Below are positions 21,388-31,056 of a DNA stretch of 64,000 bases, piece by piece (position 1 is the stretch's first letter; every line of letters begins with the position of its first letter). The notes under the pieces were generated by a model that worked only from the letters and a program-made list of their open reading frames with translations, did no database searches and was not told the DNA's origin. A program made the translations under genes and the position numbers. Location of the stretch: the NCBI GenBank assembly GCA_963786955.1, contig CAWBAT010000005.1, positions 1,568,001-1,632,000 of the forward strand, read 5' to 3'. The DNA is from an uncultured Acidimicrobiia bacterium (GTDB taxonomy: Bacteria > Acidobacteriota > Terriglobia > Versatilivoradales > Versatilivoraceae).

Positions 21388-22373
21388 GGTTTCTCACCTG
21401 GCTTATGTTCATGGGAATTGGTCGCACGAATGAGCGCGTTCGGTTGAGTTTTGATCGTTGCGGTAAAATCCTTTAGATTCTCCGTAATACGCTGCATGTT
21501 GACGAGGATTTCATCGATCTTTTCAGCGTTAACATCCAGGGTCTGATCGAGCCGTGCTGTAACGTCCGTCATGTTGCTTAAGGCGCGGCGAAGCTCCAAC
21601 ACGGCCTGGCGGATGTCGGCCCGGTTTTCTCCAATCATGGAGTCGAGGTGATTCAAGGTTTGCTTCGCCTCATCGGAGGTCTTGCGAAAATCCTCGAGAA
21701 GCGGGCCTAGTCTTTGGCTAACGGCGTTGATGTTTTGAAGCGTAGACTTCACCTGAGGACGATTTTCTTCGATCATTCCACGGGTTTCTTCGATCATTCC
21801 ACGGGTGTTTGAGAGCGTGGCAGACAGGTTTGCGCGGTTTTGAGCACTCAGTAGATCGTTCACGCGCACGATCGTTTCTTTCAGTTCGGTCGCGCGACTA
21901 TTCAGAGAATGCAAGAGTTCTTGAGCTTGGGGAGCAATGGTGTTGATTTGCGAGACAAGGGCGTTGAAATCCAGGTAGTTCTCGGACGGGAGAAGAGAAT
22001 CATTGGTGGCGAGAGCGGCCTCGGAAGATCCGGGCAGAATCTCCAAATGGTTGTCTCCGAGCGGGCTCATGCTCATAATTTTCACGCGGCTATCGGTCTT
22101 GATCGGTAAATCGGATTGTACGCTGAAGGTGATGTCGAGGCGCGATGAATCCTGGGCATCGAGTCGCACTTTGTCGACGTGACCGACCTTTGGCCCGCCG
22201 GCATAACGAACCGCTGTGCCGGGCTCGATCCCGCCCGCAAAATTAAAGTAAGCATGGTAGCTGCGGGTCGTATGACCGAACAGTCCACTCATGGCGAAGA
22301 TCGTTGCAATCAACATTGCCCCGGCAATCACTACAAAGAGGCCCACCAAGGCCTGTTCACGTTTGGGTTCCAT
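21384..22373 (-). CDS. mlaD: MlaD/MCE family protein with long helical extension
   Basis: VGLFV TM anchor, AGGIEPGTAVRYAGG.KVG.V MCE domain, coiled-coil tail. Confidence 0.88.
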   Translation of the reverse strand: MEPKREQALVGLFVVIAGAMLIATIFAMSGLFGHTTRSYHAYFNFAGGIEPGTAVRYAGGPKVGHVDKVRLDAQDSSRLDITFSVQSDLPIKTDSRVKIMSMSPLGDNHLEILPGSSEAALATNDSLLPSENYLDFNALVSQINTIAPQAQELLHSLNSRATELKETIVRVNDLLSAQNRANLSATLSNTRGMIEETRGMIEENRPQVKSTLQNINAVSQRLGPLLEDFRKTSDEAKQTLNHLDSMIGENRADIRQAVLELRRALSNMTDVTARLDQTLDVNAEKIDEILVNMQRITENLKDFTATIKTQPNALIRATNSHEHKPGEKP

Positions 22374-22393
22374 CGTGCTCCCTTCTTGGCTGC

Positions 22394-23227
22394 CTATGTC
22401 TTGCCAGAACGACGTTCCTCGGTGAGCATCTGGAGATAGTCCAATTCCCTTGAAACCTCCGGCTCAGCCACCCGATCCAGAAATTGCCGCACCCGCGGCT
22501 GTGTGCTTGACCGCATCTCCGCGGTCGTGCCGATCGCTACAATATTCCCCTTATCAATGAGGACCATTCGGTCTGCAACCAAGAACGCGCTTGCCAACTC
22601 GTGGGTCACCACCAGGATGGTCATCCGAAAGGCCTGCTTTAGCTCCAGAATGAGCTGATCAATGCCAGCTGCGATGATTGGATCTAATCCGGCAGAGGGT
22701 TCGTCAAACAACAAGATCTCGGGGTCCATGGCCAGAGCCCGAGCCACTGCCGCACGTTTCTTCATACCCCCGCTGAGTTCTGAAGGGAGGTAGTATTCAA
22801 AACCCTCGAGCCCGACCTGCTCCAGCTTGAGCCGCACCATGATTTCAATGGTTGATTCTTCCAGTTTCGTATGTTCCTGGAGTGGAAGAGCGACGTTTTC
22901 CCCCACGGTCATGGAACCAAAAAGCGCTCCCCCCTGAAACGATACCCCCATTTTCTTGCGGATTTCGTCCATCTCGGCCTGCGATATGGTGGCAATATTC
23001 TTGCCTTTAATCCAAATCTCCCCCGAGCTCGGTTTTGCCAGACCCATAATCGTTCTTAACAGCGTGCTCTTCCCCGATCCTGAACCGCCTAAGATCACAA
23101 GGACCTCGCCGCGCTGGACCTCAAAGCTGACGCCGTGCAGAATTTCTCTGTCTCCGTAGCTCGCGCGGACCTCTCGCAGAGAAATCATGGAGCTTGATTC
23201 GAACGAGATGGGATCATTCTGTTCCAT
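22394..23227 (-). CDS. mlaF: MlaF/Mkl-type ABC transporter ATP-binding protein
   Basis: [33 protein letters not shown]. Confidence 0.92.
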   Translation of the reverse strand: MEQNDPISFESSSMISLREVRASYGDREILHGVSFEVQRGEVLVILGGSGSGKSTLLRTIMGLAKPSSGEIWIKGKNIATISQAEMDEIRKKMGVSFQGGALFGSMTVGENVALPLQEHTKLEESTIEIMVRLKLEQVGLEGFEYYLPSELSGGMKKRAAVARALAMDPEILLFDEPSAGLDPIIAAGIDQLILELKQAFRMTILVVTHELASAFLVADRMVLIDKGNIVAIGTTAEMRSSTQPRVRQFLDRVAEPEVSRELDYLQMLTEERRSGKT

Positions 23228-23248
23228 CGACGATGTCCCAATGCTTTA

Positions 23249-24043
23249 TTAATCACTGACAAAATAAAATAGTGCAGTAAAGATGACATCGACCAAAATC
23301 ACAAGAAAAATGGACATGACCACAGCTCGGGTTGTCGAGCGGCCGACCTGTTCTGCACCCGCCCCCGTGGATAGCCCCTCCAAACAGCCTACTGCGGTAA
23401 TCGTAATACCAAACATCACGCTCTTGATCAAGCCGGTTGTGATGTCGCGGAGGAAGAGGGAATCGATGGAAGCTTTGATATACTGCATAAAACCGAATCC
23501 CGCTTGAGAGACGCCAAACAGTGACCCTCCCAAGATTCCCATGGAATTTGCCCAGATGGTGAGGCAGGGCAGCATGACAATCATAGCGAGGAACTTCGGG
23601 GTGACAAGGAAACGGATGGGGCTGATCGCCATCGTTTCTAAGGCATCGATTTCCTCGGTCACTTTCATGGTCCCGATCTCAGCCGCAAACGCCGAGCCGG
23701 AGCGTCCGATCACGACAATGGCGGTCACCAAAGGGCCCAGTTCTCTGGAAATGGAGACTGCGACAGCCGTCGCGACGTAACTGATCGCCCCAAATTTCCG
23801 AAGTTCGTAGGCACTCTGGAGCGCCATAATCAGTCCGATGAAAAAAGTAATCAGGGAAACGATGGGGAGTGCACGAACCCCCACATCCAGGGCTTGTGAT
23901 ACCGTGCGCTGGAAATGCAAAGGTTTCCCTTGAAACGGAGCAACCACCGTGTAGTAGGCTGCGCGTCCTCCGAGCGACGCCAGAGAGCCAATGTACGCAA
24001 GACCACTCGTTACACTTCCGCCGATTTGAGAGACCATCTGCAT
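23249..24043 (-). CDS. mlaE: MlaE family ABC permease
   Basis: RELGP, GSAFAAEIGTMKVTEEIDALETM, VGRSTTRAVV. Confidence 0.92.
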   Translation of the reverse strand: MQMVSQIGGSVTSGLAYIGSLASLGGRAAYYTVVAPFQGKPLHFQRTVSQALDVGVRALPIVSLITFFIGLIMALQSAYELRKFGAISYVATAVAVSISRELGPLVTAIVVIGRSGSAFAAEIGTMKVTEEIDALETMAISPIRFLVTPKFLAMIVMLPCLTIWANSMGILGGSLFGVSQAGFGFMQYIKASIDSLFLRDITTGLIKSVMFGITITAVGCLEGLSTGAGAEQVGRSTTRAVVMSIFLVILVDVIFTALFYFVSD

Positions 24044-24085
24044 GATGATTTTTGCCAGCTCACAACGTGCGTCACCTTGAAAATG

Positions 24086-24418
24086 TCAGGGTGCTAATGC
24101 CTGCTCTTCATTGTCGTAAACTTCGAAAATCTTCAGCAGCCGAGAAAGTTGCAAAACTTCGCGGGCAGAGGTACTCAATCCGAATAGGATGAAGCGCGTC
24201 CCGAGATCCCGAGACGCCTTAAGACCCTCGATTAAAGAGGCCACGCCGGAGCTGTCGATGTATCTTACCTTGATCAGGTTCATGACCACACGAGGCCTTC
24301 GCATTTCGCGGATTTCACGCATTAGCGCCTTCCGTAACTCCGGGGAGTTCGCTAGATCGATGTCTCCCACCACGTCTAAAATCGTGGCTTGCCCGACTTG
24401 CCGATCGGAAATCTGCAT
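24086..24418 (-). CDS. STAS domain protein (RsbV/SpoIIAA-like anti-anti-sigma factor, or MlaB-like)
   Basis: 110 aa; GDID, YIDSSGVASL with the phosphorylatable Ser; GGAG RBS. Confidence 0.88.
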   Translation of the reverse strand: MQISDRQVGQATILDVVGDIDLANSPELRKALMREIREMRRPRVVMNLIKVRYIDSSGVASLIEGLKASRDLGTRFILFGLSTSAREVLQLSRLLKIFEVYDNEEQALAP

Positions 24419-24431
24419 AGTGTCTTCTCCT

Positions 24432-25007
24432 CTAAGAATTGGGATCGAGCTTCGCGGGCTGCAGGTATTTGACCAATCGCAGCTGGTTCGTACGACCCAC
24501 ACGCGTAAACTCGACGGTGTCCATCGCTTGCCGGATGAAGTGCAACCCTAGTCCGCCAGGCCGTATTTCGTCCAATTGACGGCCACAAAGTTTGGCCGTA
24601 TCAATCGCTGGGCCCCGGTCCCACAAGAGAACCTCAAGTCCCTCGTTGAGCAGGCCATTGGAGCGGCGTTGAACCCGCCGAAAATAGAGCGCGATGGGTT
24701 TGTTCAAGTGGCCGCAATAAGCATGTCGCATCACGTTGCAAACCGCTTCGTCAACCGCTCGAGTCACCGACCGGCGCTCTGGAGCAGAGAATCCGAAGAC
24801 TTCTGTCAGACGTTCCACTGCTCCCCGGATGACGCAGAGCAAATTCGGATTGCTGCGCAGTTCGAGTTTCAGCAATAAACCGCGGTTCAGCTCGAAGTCC
24901 CGTTTCTCAGCATCACGTTCCCCTTTGGGAAATAAGTTTTCATGAACCGCCCTGGCCAAGTTTTTCTCCTGATTGTTGGAGCTTGCCGGTGATCTTCTCG
25001 GCTGCAT
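24432..25007 (-). CDS. RsbW/SpoIIAB-like Ser kinase (HATPase_c_2)
   Basis: AVDEAVCNVMRHAY, DRG, GGLGLHFIRQAMD; true start uncertain. Confidence 0.85.
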   Translation of the reverse strand: MQPRRSPASSNNQEKNLARAVHENLFPKGERDAEKRDFELNRGLLLKLELRSNPNLLCVIRGAVERLTEVFGFSAPERRSVTRAVDEAVCNVMRHAYCGHLNKPIALYFRRVQRRSNGLLNEGLEVLLWDRGPAIDTAKLCGRQLDEIRPGGLGLHFIRQAMDTVEFTRVGRTNQLRLVKYLQPAKLDPNS

Positions 25008-25009
25008 GC

Positions 25010-25160
25010 CTAAGTACTGCGTTTCATAAATATGGCCACGTATTTTGGATGGTGGAACGCGCGCTCCCGCGCGCGTTCAGCGTGCGACGGAGCGCCCGCT
25101 CCACCCCGTTTGCTGGCAGCTTGTCAATACGTCAGTGTATTCATGAAACACAGCACTCAG
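25010..25160. mobile_element. MITE/REPIN-like element with ~23-bp terminal inverted repeats and internal GTGG-type palindromes
   Basis: Left CTAAGTACTGCGTTTCATAAATA vs reverse complement of right end CTGAGTGCTGTGTTTCATGAATA; internal GGTGGAACGCGCG..CGCGCGTTC. Confidence 0.6.
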
Positions 25161-25287
25161 TGCCGCCATGCGCCAACCTTTCTGAAGTCCACGACGAACT
25201 GTGCAGACAACCCGGCTCATCGGTGCGGATTTTTTCCACTTCGTAAAGCCTCTCATTCCGGTGTGGAAGTACCGCCCACCCTTGTGT

Positions 25288-26439
25288 CTAGCAAACTTCA
25301 ACCAAAACGAGAGACACATCATCCGCGGGTAGTCCGCCGCCCCAGGCGACTACTCGATCGAGAATGCCGCACTTCATTTCGTTGAACGGCAAGAGCGCGG
25401 TCTCACGAACAAAATTCTGAACCCCTTCGACACCGAGCATTTTGCCACGAGAATCGAACACGTCAGTAATGCCGTCCGTATAAAGGACAATGCGGTCCTG
25501 TGGACGCAACTCTACATCAAGAGTCGCATCCATGTCCACCGAGTCAGTAAACGCGCCGAGGACCGCGCTGCAAGACTCGAGCAGCCGCGGCTCTTGACCC
25601 CGACGGGCTACCATCACAGGGGGATGGCCTGCTCCGGCAAAGGCCATGCGGCGCCCATCACGATCGATCCGCACCGCCGAGAGAGTGAACAGGAATCCCG
25701 TGCTGCCAATCGTATCGATCACGAAACGGTTCAACTGCTGGAGCATGTCGGCGAGCTGCAAGCCACTTCGCAAATGGGTCACGGTTTCGGTGTAGATGCG
25801 GTTGGCAACAAGCGCCGAACTGATGCCGTGGCCGGAGACATCGCACACGAGCAGATTGAGATGCTCCCCATTCCTCGGGCTCACAAGGGCAAAGTCGCCC
25901 CCGATTGCGCGCGCCGGGTGATAGAAGGTGTCGACGCGCATGCCCTCCCATACAAGCGACCTTGGTAAAAGGCTTTGTTGAACACGCGCGGCCAGGGCAA
26001 GATCTTGTTCGATTTCCATCTGGCGTTTTTCCAGCTGCGCGTTCAACGACCGCAGCTGATCTTCGGCCCGTTTTTGCTCCGAAATATCTGTGAATGTCGC
26101 CACTCCGTACTTCCGCCCGTTGAGGTCTTCGATCCTCCGCGAGCTGATGATGACAGGCAAACGGCTGCCGTCCTTTCGCGGGAGGACGAATCCATATCGG
26201 TTGTGTCCCACGCGGATCGCGATTTCGATCTGCTCCGAGAGATATCTCCATTCCTCGCAAGAATAAAATCGGGACGACTTGATCCCGATCAGGTCCTCGC
26301 GCGACATCCCCGTCATTTCGACAAACACGGAGTTGGCGAAGAGGATGTGATTGGAGTCGTCGGCAATGATGACCCCTTCGTTAAGCGCCTCCAAAACATT
26401 TCCCATCTGGCTTAGCCATTCCGGCTTTTCCATGTCCAT
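25288..26439 (-). CDS. PAS-domain PP2C/SpoIIE Ser phosphatase (RsbU/RsbP-like)
   Basis: PAS (NEGVII..N..F..MTG..RKDG), coiled coil, AARVQQSLLP, GGDF, DVSGHG, AGHPP, YTDG, DDVS. Confidence 0.9.
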   Translation of the reverse strand: MDMEKPEWLSQMGNVLEALNEGVIIADDSNHILFANSVFVEMTGMSREDLIGIKSSRFYSCEEWRYLSEQIEIAIRVGHNRYGFVLPRKDGSRLPVIISSRRIEDLNGRKYGVATFTDISEQKRAEDQLRSLNAQLEKRQMEIEQDLALAARVQQSLLPRSLVWEGMRVDTFYHPARAIGGDFALVSPRNGEHLNLLVCDVSGHGISSALVANRIYTETVTHLRSGLQLADMLQQLNRFVIDTIGSTGFLFTLSAVRIDRDGRRMAFAGAGHPPVMVARRGQEPRLLESCSAVLGAFTDSVDMDATLDVELRPQDRIVLYTDGITDVFDSRGKMLGVEGVQNFVRETALLPFNEMKCGILDRVVAWGGGLPADDVSLVLVEVC

Positions 26440-26979
26440 GTAGGTTCTCTTGGGGGATTTTTGCGCTTCCAACGTTTCAGATCCGAAGGCGTTCTTTAGC
26501 GAGCGCTCGCGAAGAAAGCCGGGAAGCAGACACAGCGACACCTTCAATGTAGAGTCATGACAACTTCTCCAGGGAGTATAGCGACACAACCCGGGGGGAA
26601 TCAACAGACATTAGAAAGATGTTCACCCAAAATCGAAATGTCCGGTTTGTAGCTTTCAGGTTTCATTGGGTTTTCCAAGGAAAGTCGATTGGGTCAGGGA
26701 ATTCCGGAATAGGGAGAAAACAATTCTGCTTCACTTGAATCGGAGGATTAGTGGCGAGGATGGCGGAACTTTCGGGAAGTAATGGGACAGATCGAAACCT
26801 TCCCAGGGGGGCCTCTAACCCGGATTTCTCACCACCAGCGCCGCATGAGGGCATGTGGCCTACAACCTCTGTAGGCCGGGTGACCCCCCCCGGCGTACTG
26901 GATTCTTCAAAATATAAGGTGTCTGTTTCCCCCCGGTGGTGAGAAATCCGGGCTAGAACGCTGCGAGAATTTCGCTGGA

Positions 26980-28380
26980 CTAGAGCGGCAGGCGCACTTG
27001 AAACACCGTGCGGCCAGGAGCTGACTCAACGCGGATCGATCCTTTATGGTTCCGGATGATGCGTTGCACGATATCGAGTCCAAGTCCGGTGCCTTCGCCC
27101 ACGGGCTTGGTAGTGAAAAACGGATCGAAAATACGGCTCTGCACGTCGGCCGCAATACCCGTTCCATTATCCACGATTTCGACCAAAATTCCGTCAGGCT
27201 CAACACAGGTTCTGATGCGGAGCAGTTTAGGCTGGCCCGGTGGCAGGTTTCCCATCGCATGGATCGCATTGTCGATGAGATTGGTCCAAATCTGGTTCAG
27301 GGCACTGCCATTGGCACGGACACGGGGCAGGTTTTGAGCAAATTGACGCGATACCTCTATGCCATGCTTGAGCTGGTGTTGAAACATGCGCAGCGTCACA
27401 TCGATACCCTGTTCGATATCCACTTCGGCGACAGGGCTCTGGTCCATATAGGAGTAAGATTTAACGGCTTGCACCAGATCGGACATGCGGCGCGAGGCCT
27501 CTTCCAACTCGCGCGTGAGGCAGAGGATCTCGAAGTCGGCAACCAGGAGGCGGAGTCCCAGCGTGAGGACTTCAGTGGAGATAAGTGAAGTAAGGGGTTG
27601 GATCTTCTCGGCAGTAACCTGGGCATCTACAAGTCCGGAGGCTAGTTCGCCCGGGAGACCTTTGGCTTGGAGCCAGTCGGCCAAGTCGGATTCGAGATCA
27701 GCCCGCTCGAGGGCGTCGATTTTTCCGGGCGTGGTGGCGCATTCGGTCAAGTTTTGAGTGACCTCAGACATGATCTCGCGGGCCCGATCGGGAAGAACAT
27801 TGCCAAGCATGGCGATGGCGTATTTGCGGCGCTCGGTGAGCACTTCACGCAAGCGGGCCGACGAACGAACGGCAGCCGAGGCAGGGTTGTTGAGTTCGTG
27901 CGCAAGACCGGCGGCGAGTTTACCTAAGGAGAGAAGTCGGTTCGAGCTTTCTTCCATGCGGGTGAACACACGCGTGCGTTCCGTCATCTCAGATACGAGC
28001 CTTTGGGCGAGAATGGGCGCCCGATAGACGAGTTCGCGAAGAAGAGAGGCGTCCATGGTGCCAACTTTGGTCGGCTGCACGGCCCATCCGCGGACGCTCG
28101 ATGTTTTCATGCGAGAGAAAGGCAGGACTCCCGTGGCCCGGCCGGCGGTGACCACGATAATCTCGTCAAGCCCAGTGGGCCGGAAATGCATCTCCCCCTC
28201 AAGAACGATAATGAAATCCCTGACCGGGTCACCTTCCCGCAACATGACGTCGCCGGATTCGTAGCGGCGTACTTCCAATTGGCTGGCGATCCACTCAACC
28301 GCCTCCAAGCTCTCGTCGTTGAAGAGTGGAAATTGGAGCAGTTCTTCAGCAGTGACCCTTTCGGGAGCAGATTGCGGCAT
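26980..28380 (-). CDS. Histidine kinase with N-terminal cNMP-binding-like domain
   Basis: FPLF..REGDP..F.IVLEG cNMP-like fold; LAHELNNP H-box, NLIDNA, DNGTG, FDPFFTTK, GTGLGL. Confidence 0.9.
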   Translation of the reverse strand: MPQSAPERVTAEELLQFPLFNDESLEAVEWIASQLEVRRYESGDVMLREGDPVRDFIIVLEGEMHFRPTGLDEIIVVTAGRATGVLPFSRMKTSSVRGWAVQPTKVGTMDASLLRELVYRAPILAQRLVSEMTERTRVFTRMEESSNRLLSLGKLAAGLAHELNNPASAAVRSSARLREVLTERRKYAIAMLGNVLPDRAREIMSEVTQNLTECATTPGKIDALERADLESDLADWLQAKGLPGELASGLVDAQVTAEKIQPLTSLISTEVLTLGLRLLVADFEILCLTRELEEASRRMSDLVQAVKSYSYMDQSPVAEVDIEQGIDVTLRMFQHQLKHGIEVSRQFAQNLPRVRANGSALNQIWTNLIDNAIHAMGNLPPGQPKLLRIRTCVEPDGILVEIVDNGTGIAADVQSRIFDPFFTTKPVGEGTGLGLDIVQRIIRNHKGSIRVESAPGRTVFQVRLPL

Positions 28381-28390
28381 GAGATTCTCT

Positions 28391-30049
28391 CTATCGATTG
28401 CGCATGTATTGGCGGACAAAGTAAAGCACGATGGAGCCTTCCCCCACGCTATTGGCGACGCGGCGAATGGCTCCATCCCGGACGTCACCAACGGCGAAGA
28501 CGCCGGGCACGCTGGTTTCCAGCAGATAGGGATCGCGAGCGAGGTTCCAACCAGCCGGGCGCTTGCCGCCATTCAATAGATTGGGACCGGTTACAAGGAA
28601 GCCCTTGCTGTCACGGCATACGATGCCATCCAACCATTGCGTATGCGGTTCGGCTCCAATAAAAATAAAGAGTGCCGACGCGGGCAGCTTTTCCGTAGTT
28701 TGGCTGTCATGGTGGTGGACAGTGATTTCTTCGAGACGATCGCCACCGCTCACTTCAATGACTTCGGAGTTGGGGATGACCGAGATTTTCGGAAGGGTGT
28801 GGATCCGCTCGACGAGGTAGTGAGACATCGATTTCGACAAGGATTCGCCACGAACGATCATTTTGATGGAGCGCGCGACTTCGGAGAAATGGACCGCGGA
28901 CTGGCCGGCGGAATTGGCTCCTCCGACGATGTAGACGTCCTCGTCTTTACAGGACGAGTATTCGGTGATCGCCGCTCCATAGTAAACACCCGCGCCGGTA
29001 AGCCGTTCCATGCCGGGGACGTCGAGCCGCCGCCACTGGACTCCGGCGGCGATGACGACGCTGTGCGCCGCCAGTTCCTGACCGTTGGATAGCTTGATGA
29101 CGCGATACTCGCCTTCGATGAGGAGACCCACGGCATCGGCGGGTGCGAGGACTTCGGTCCCGAACCGGCGCACTTGGGCGACACCGCGGCGGGCGAGATC
29201 CGCGCCGCTCAGACCGGAGGGAAACCCGAGATAATTTTCGATGCGTGAACTGAGGCCGGCCTGACCCCCCGCGGCTTCTCGCTCCACGAGAACCGTCTTC
29301 AGACCCTCGGTGCTGCAATACAGAGCGCATGCGAGTCCGGCGGGTCCAGCTCCGACCACAATGACATCATAGAAACGGCGGCTAGGGGTCGAGACGAGCC
29401 CCAATTTTTCGGCTACCTGCGATAGCTCGGGGCGTTCCAGGATAGACCCATCCGGGAAAATGACGACCGGCATCACCATTGTCTTCTCGCCGAGAGCTGC
29501 CTGGACCCGCGGAACGGAAATACCATCGGGTTCGATCCAGCGATAGGGAACCTGGCTTTTGGCGAGAAAATCCTTGAGGCGGTGTGTTTCAGGCGCCCAA
29601 CGGGTGCCGACAACGTAAACTCCGTCGAATGATTCCTGTTGGCCGGCTTGCCAGTCTTCGAGTTGGTCGGAGAGTACCGGATAGAGATTTTGTTCCGGCG
29701 GTTCCCAAGGCTTCAGCAGGTAGTGATTGAGTTTGACTTTGTTGATCGCGTCGATGGCCGCAGCGGAGTCTGCATAGGCGGTGAGCAACACGCGGCGGGC
29801 TTCCGGCTGCAATGTGATGACCGCTTGAAGAAACTCGGTGCCATTCATCTGCGGCATTCGCTGATCCACGAGGAAGAGCGCAACCCGGTCGCCGCGCGCT
29901 GTCAACTGACGGACGATGCCGATTCCCTTCTGCGCCGAATCGACCGCAAGGATGCGATAGTTCGGAGCGAACTTTATTTTAAGATCGCGCTCCACGGCAT
30001 GCAGCACGGAATCATCGTCGTCAATCGCTAGGATGTAGGGCTTCTTCAT
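28391..30049 (-). CDS. Response-regulator receiver fused to thioredoxin reductase-like FAD oxidoreductase
   Basis: ILAIDDD, DQRMP, KPW receiver; GAGPAG, IENYLGFP, GGANSAGQ, FAVGD; CxxC absent (GVYYGAAITE). Confidence 0.9.
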   Translation of the reverse strand: MKKPYILAIDDDDSVLHAVERDLKIKFAPNYRILAVDSAQKGIGIVRQLTARGDRVALFLVDQRMPQMNGTEFLQAVITLQPEARRVLLTAYADSAAAIDAINKVKLNHYLLKPWEPPEQNLYPVLSDQLEDWQAGQQESFDGVYVVGTRWAPETHRLKDFLAKSQVPYRWIEPDGISVPRVQAALGEKTMVMPVVIFPDGSILERPELSQVAEKLGLVSTPSRRFYDVIVVGAGPAGLACALYCSTEGLKTVLVEREAAGGQAGLSSRIENYLGFPSGLSGADLARRGVAQVRRFGTEVLAPADAVGLLIEGEYRVIKLSNGQELAAHSVVIAAGVQWRRLDVPGMERLTGAGVYYGAAITEYSSCKDEDVYIVGGANSAGQSAVHFSEVARSIKMIVRGESLSKSMSHYLVERIHTLPKISVIPNSEVIEVSGGDRLEEITVHHHDSQTTEKLPASALFIFIGAEPHTQWLDGIVCRDSKGFLVTGPNLLNGGKRPAGWNLARDPYLLETSVPGVFAVGDVRDGAIRRVANSVGEGSIVLYFVRQYMRNR

Positions 30050-30430
30050 TGTTTCATTCGCGTTGCTTGCTCACTCAACCTCTGCAACTCGGTAGGTTCC
30101 GGGTCTACATTCGGACCAAAGCGGCGCATGACTTTGCCTTTTCCCTCTCCGAGGATCTTGGTAAATCTCCACTGGATGTCACGCTCGGTCTGGCCAGTCA
30201 AATGGCAGTAGAGCCGCGTGATGTCCGCGCCTTTCACGCTGACCTTAGCCAGCAATGGGGCGGCCTCACTAAAATTCCGCTTTCAGAATGTCTGGATATT
30301 TGCGGTGGTGCCCGGTTCATTGCCACCATGAGTGTCGGCGGGCACCCGCACATCGACGAATCTTATCTTACCATTGTCCTTACCGAAAATCCCCTCCTGC
30401 TCCTTAAATCTTGCAGTGGCTCAACTCCTT
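30046..30430 (-). pseudogene. Decayed glutathione peroxidase family gene
   Basis: Frame reads FVDVRVPADTHGGNEPGTTANIQTF*KRNF...AKVSVKGADI..LY..LT...DIQWRFTKIL...GKV..RF.P, matching GPx motifs (QEPG, FC, WNFTKFL); in-frame TGA at 30283-30285. Confidence 0.7.
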
Positions 30431-31056
30431 CCCATTCTGAGCCGGATTTGGCGATGGTGCATTCTCCATTCTTTCAAAATCCTTGGCAGATGAATCTCAC
30501 GAATGGAAATCAGAACATCGAGGCAATCTCGGCGTAGACCTCCAACCGGCGGTACCATTAGAGGAACTTCCGCCCTGGTTTACAATTTGTTCCCCATGAA
30601 GAACTCGTCAGTAGAATTCAACTGTGGAAGGATGGTTAGAATTCGCCTCCTTTGTTTCCTAAGATGCGCAATCCAACTGTCGATGTCAGCGGTAGGCAGG
30701 GCCAGAAGTGCTCTTGGTTTTATATGGGGACCCAATTTTTCGATACAGCGGTGCGATTCCTTTACATTCTCATACCAAGTTGCAAACAAATAGGTACATA
30801 GAGTTGAGCTAACTTCTCCAGCGGAGGCGGTTCGAAACAAGTCCCCTCTATGGAAGGGGGAAAGGGCTTTAGCCCTCAGGGGTGGGTATGATTAATACTG
30901 GGAGCATGAGCAACCTGTCTGCTGAAGAAAGCAGCCGTAAGCATTCCTCACCTCGAACTGCTTTTTCCACACCCGCTCCAGCACCTCCAACTTATCGCCA
31001 CCCCGAGAGCTTTCCAGTCGGCGAATCCAAAAACTTTCAATTTCGGGTCGAGTTCT

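Noticed and set aside
28003-28662. Long antisense/shadow ORFs (e.g. 28003-28662, 32245-32889, 44905-45540, 59817-60305)
   Set aside because: They overlap well-supported genes on the other strand and have no motifs; expected in GC-rich coding DNA
30283-30285. In-frame TGA in the GPx relic as selenocysteine
   Set aside because: It lies at the second (resolving-type) Cys position, not the catalytic one; surrounding motifs are degraded, another stop lies upstream, and no SECIS was recognised
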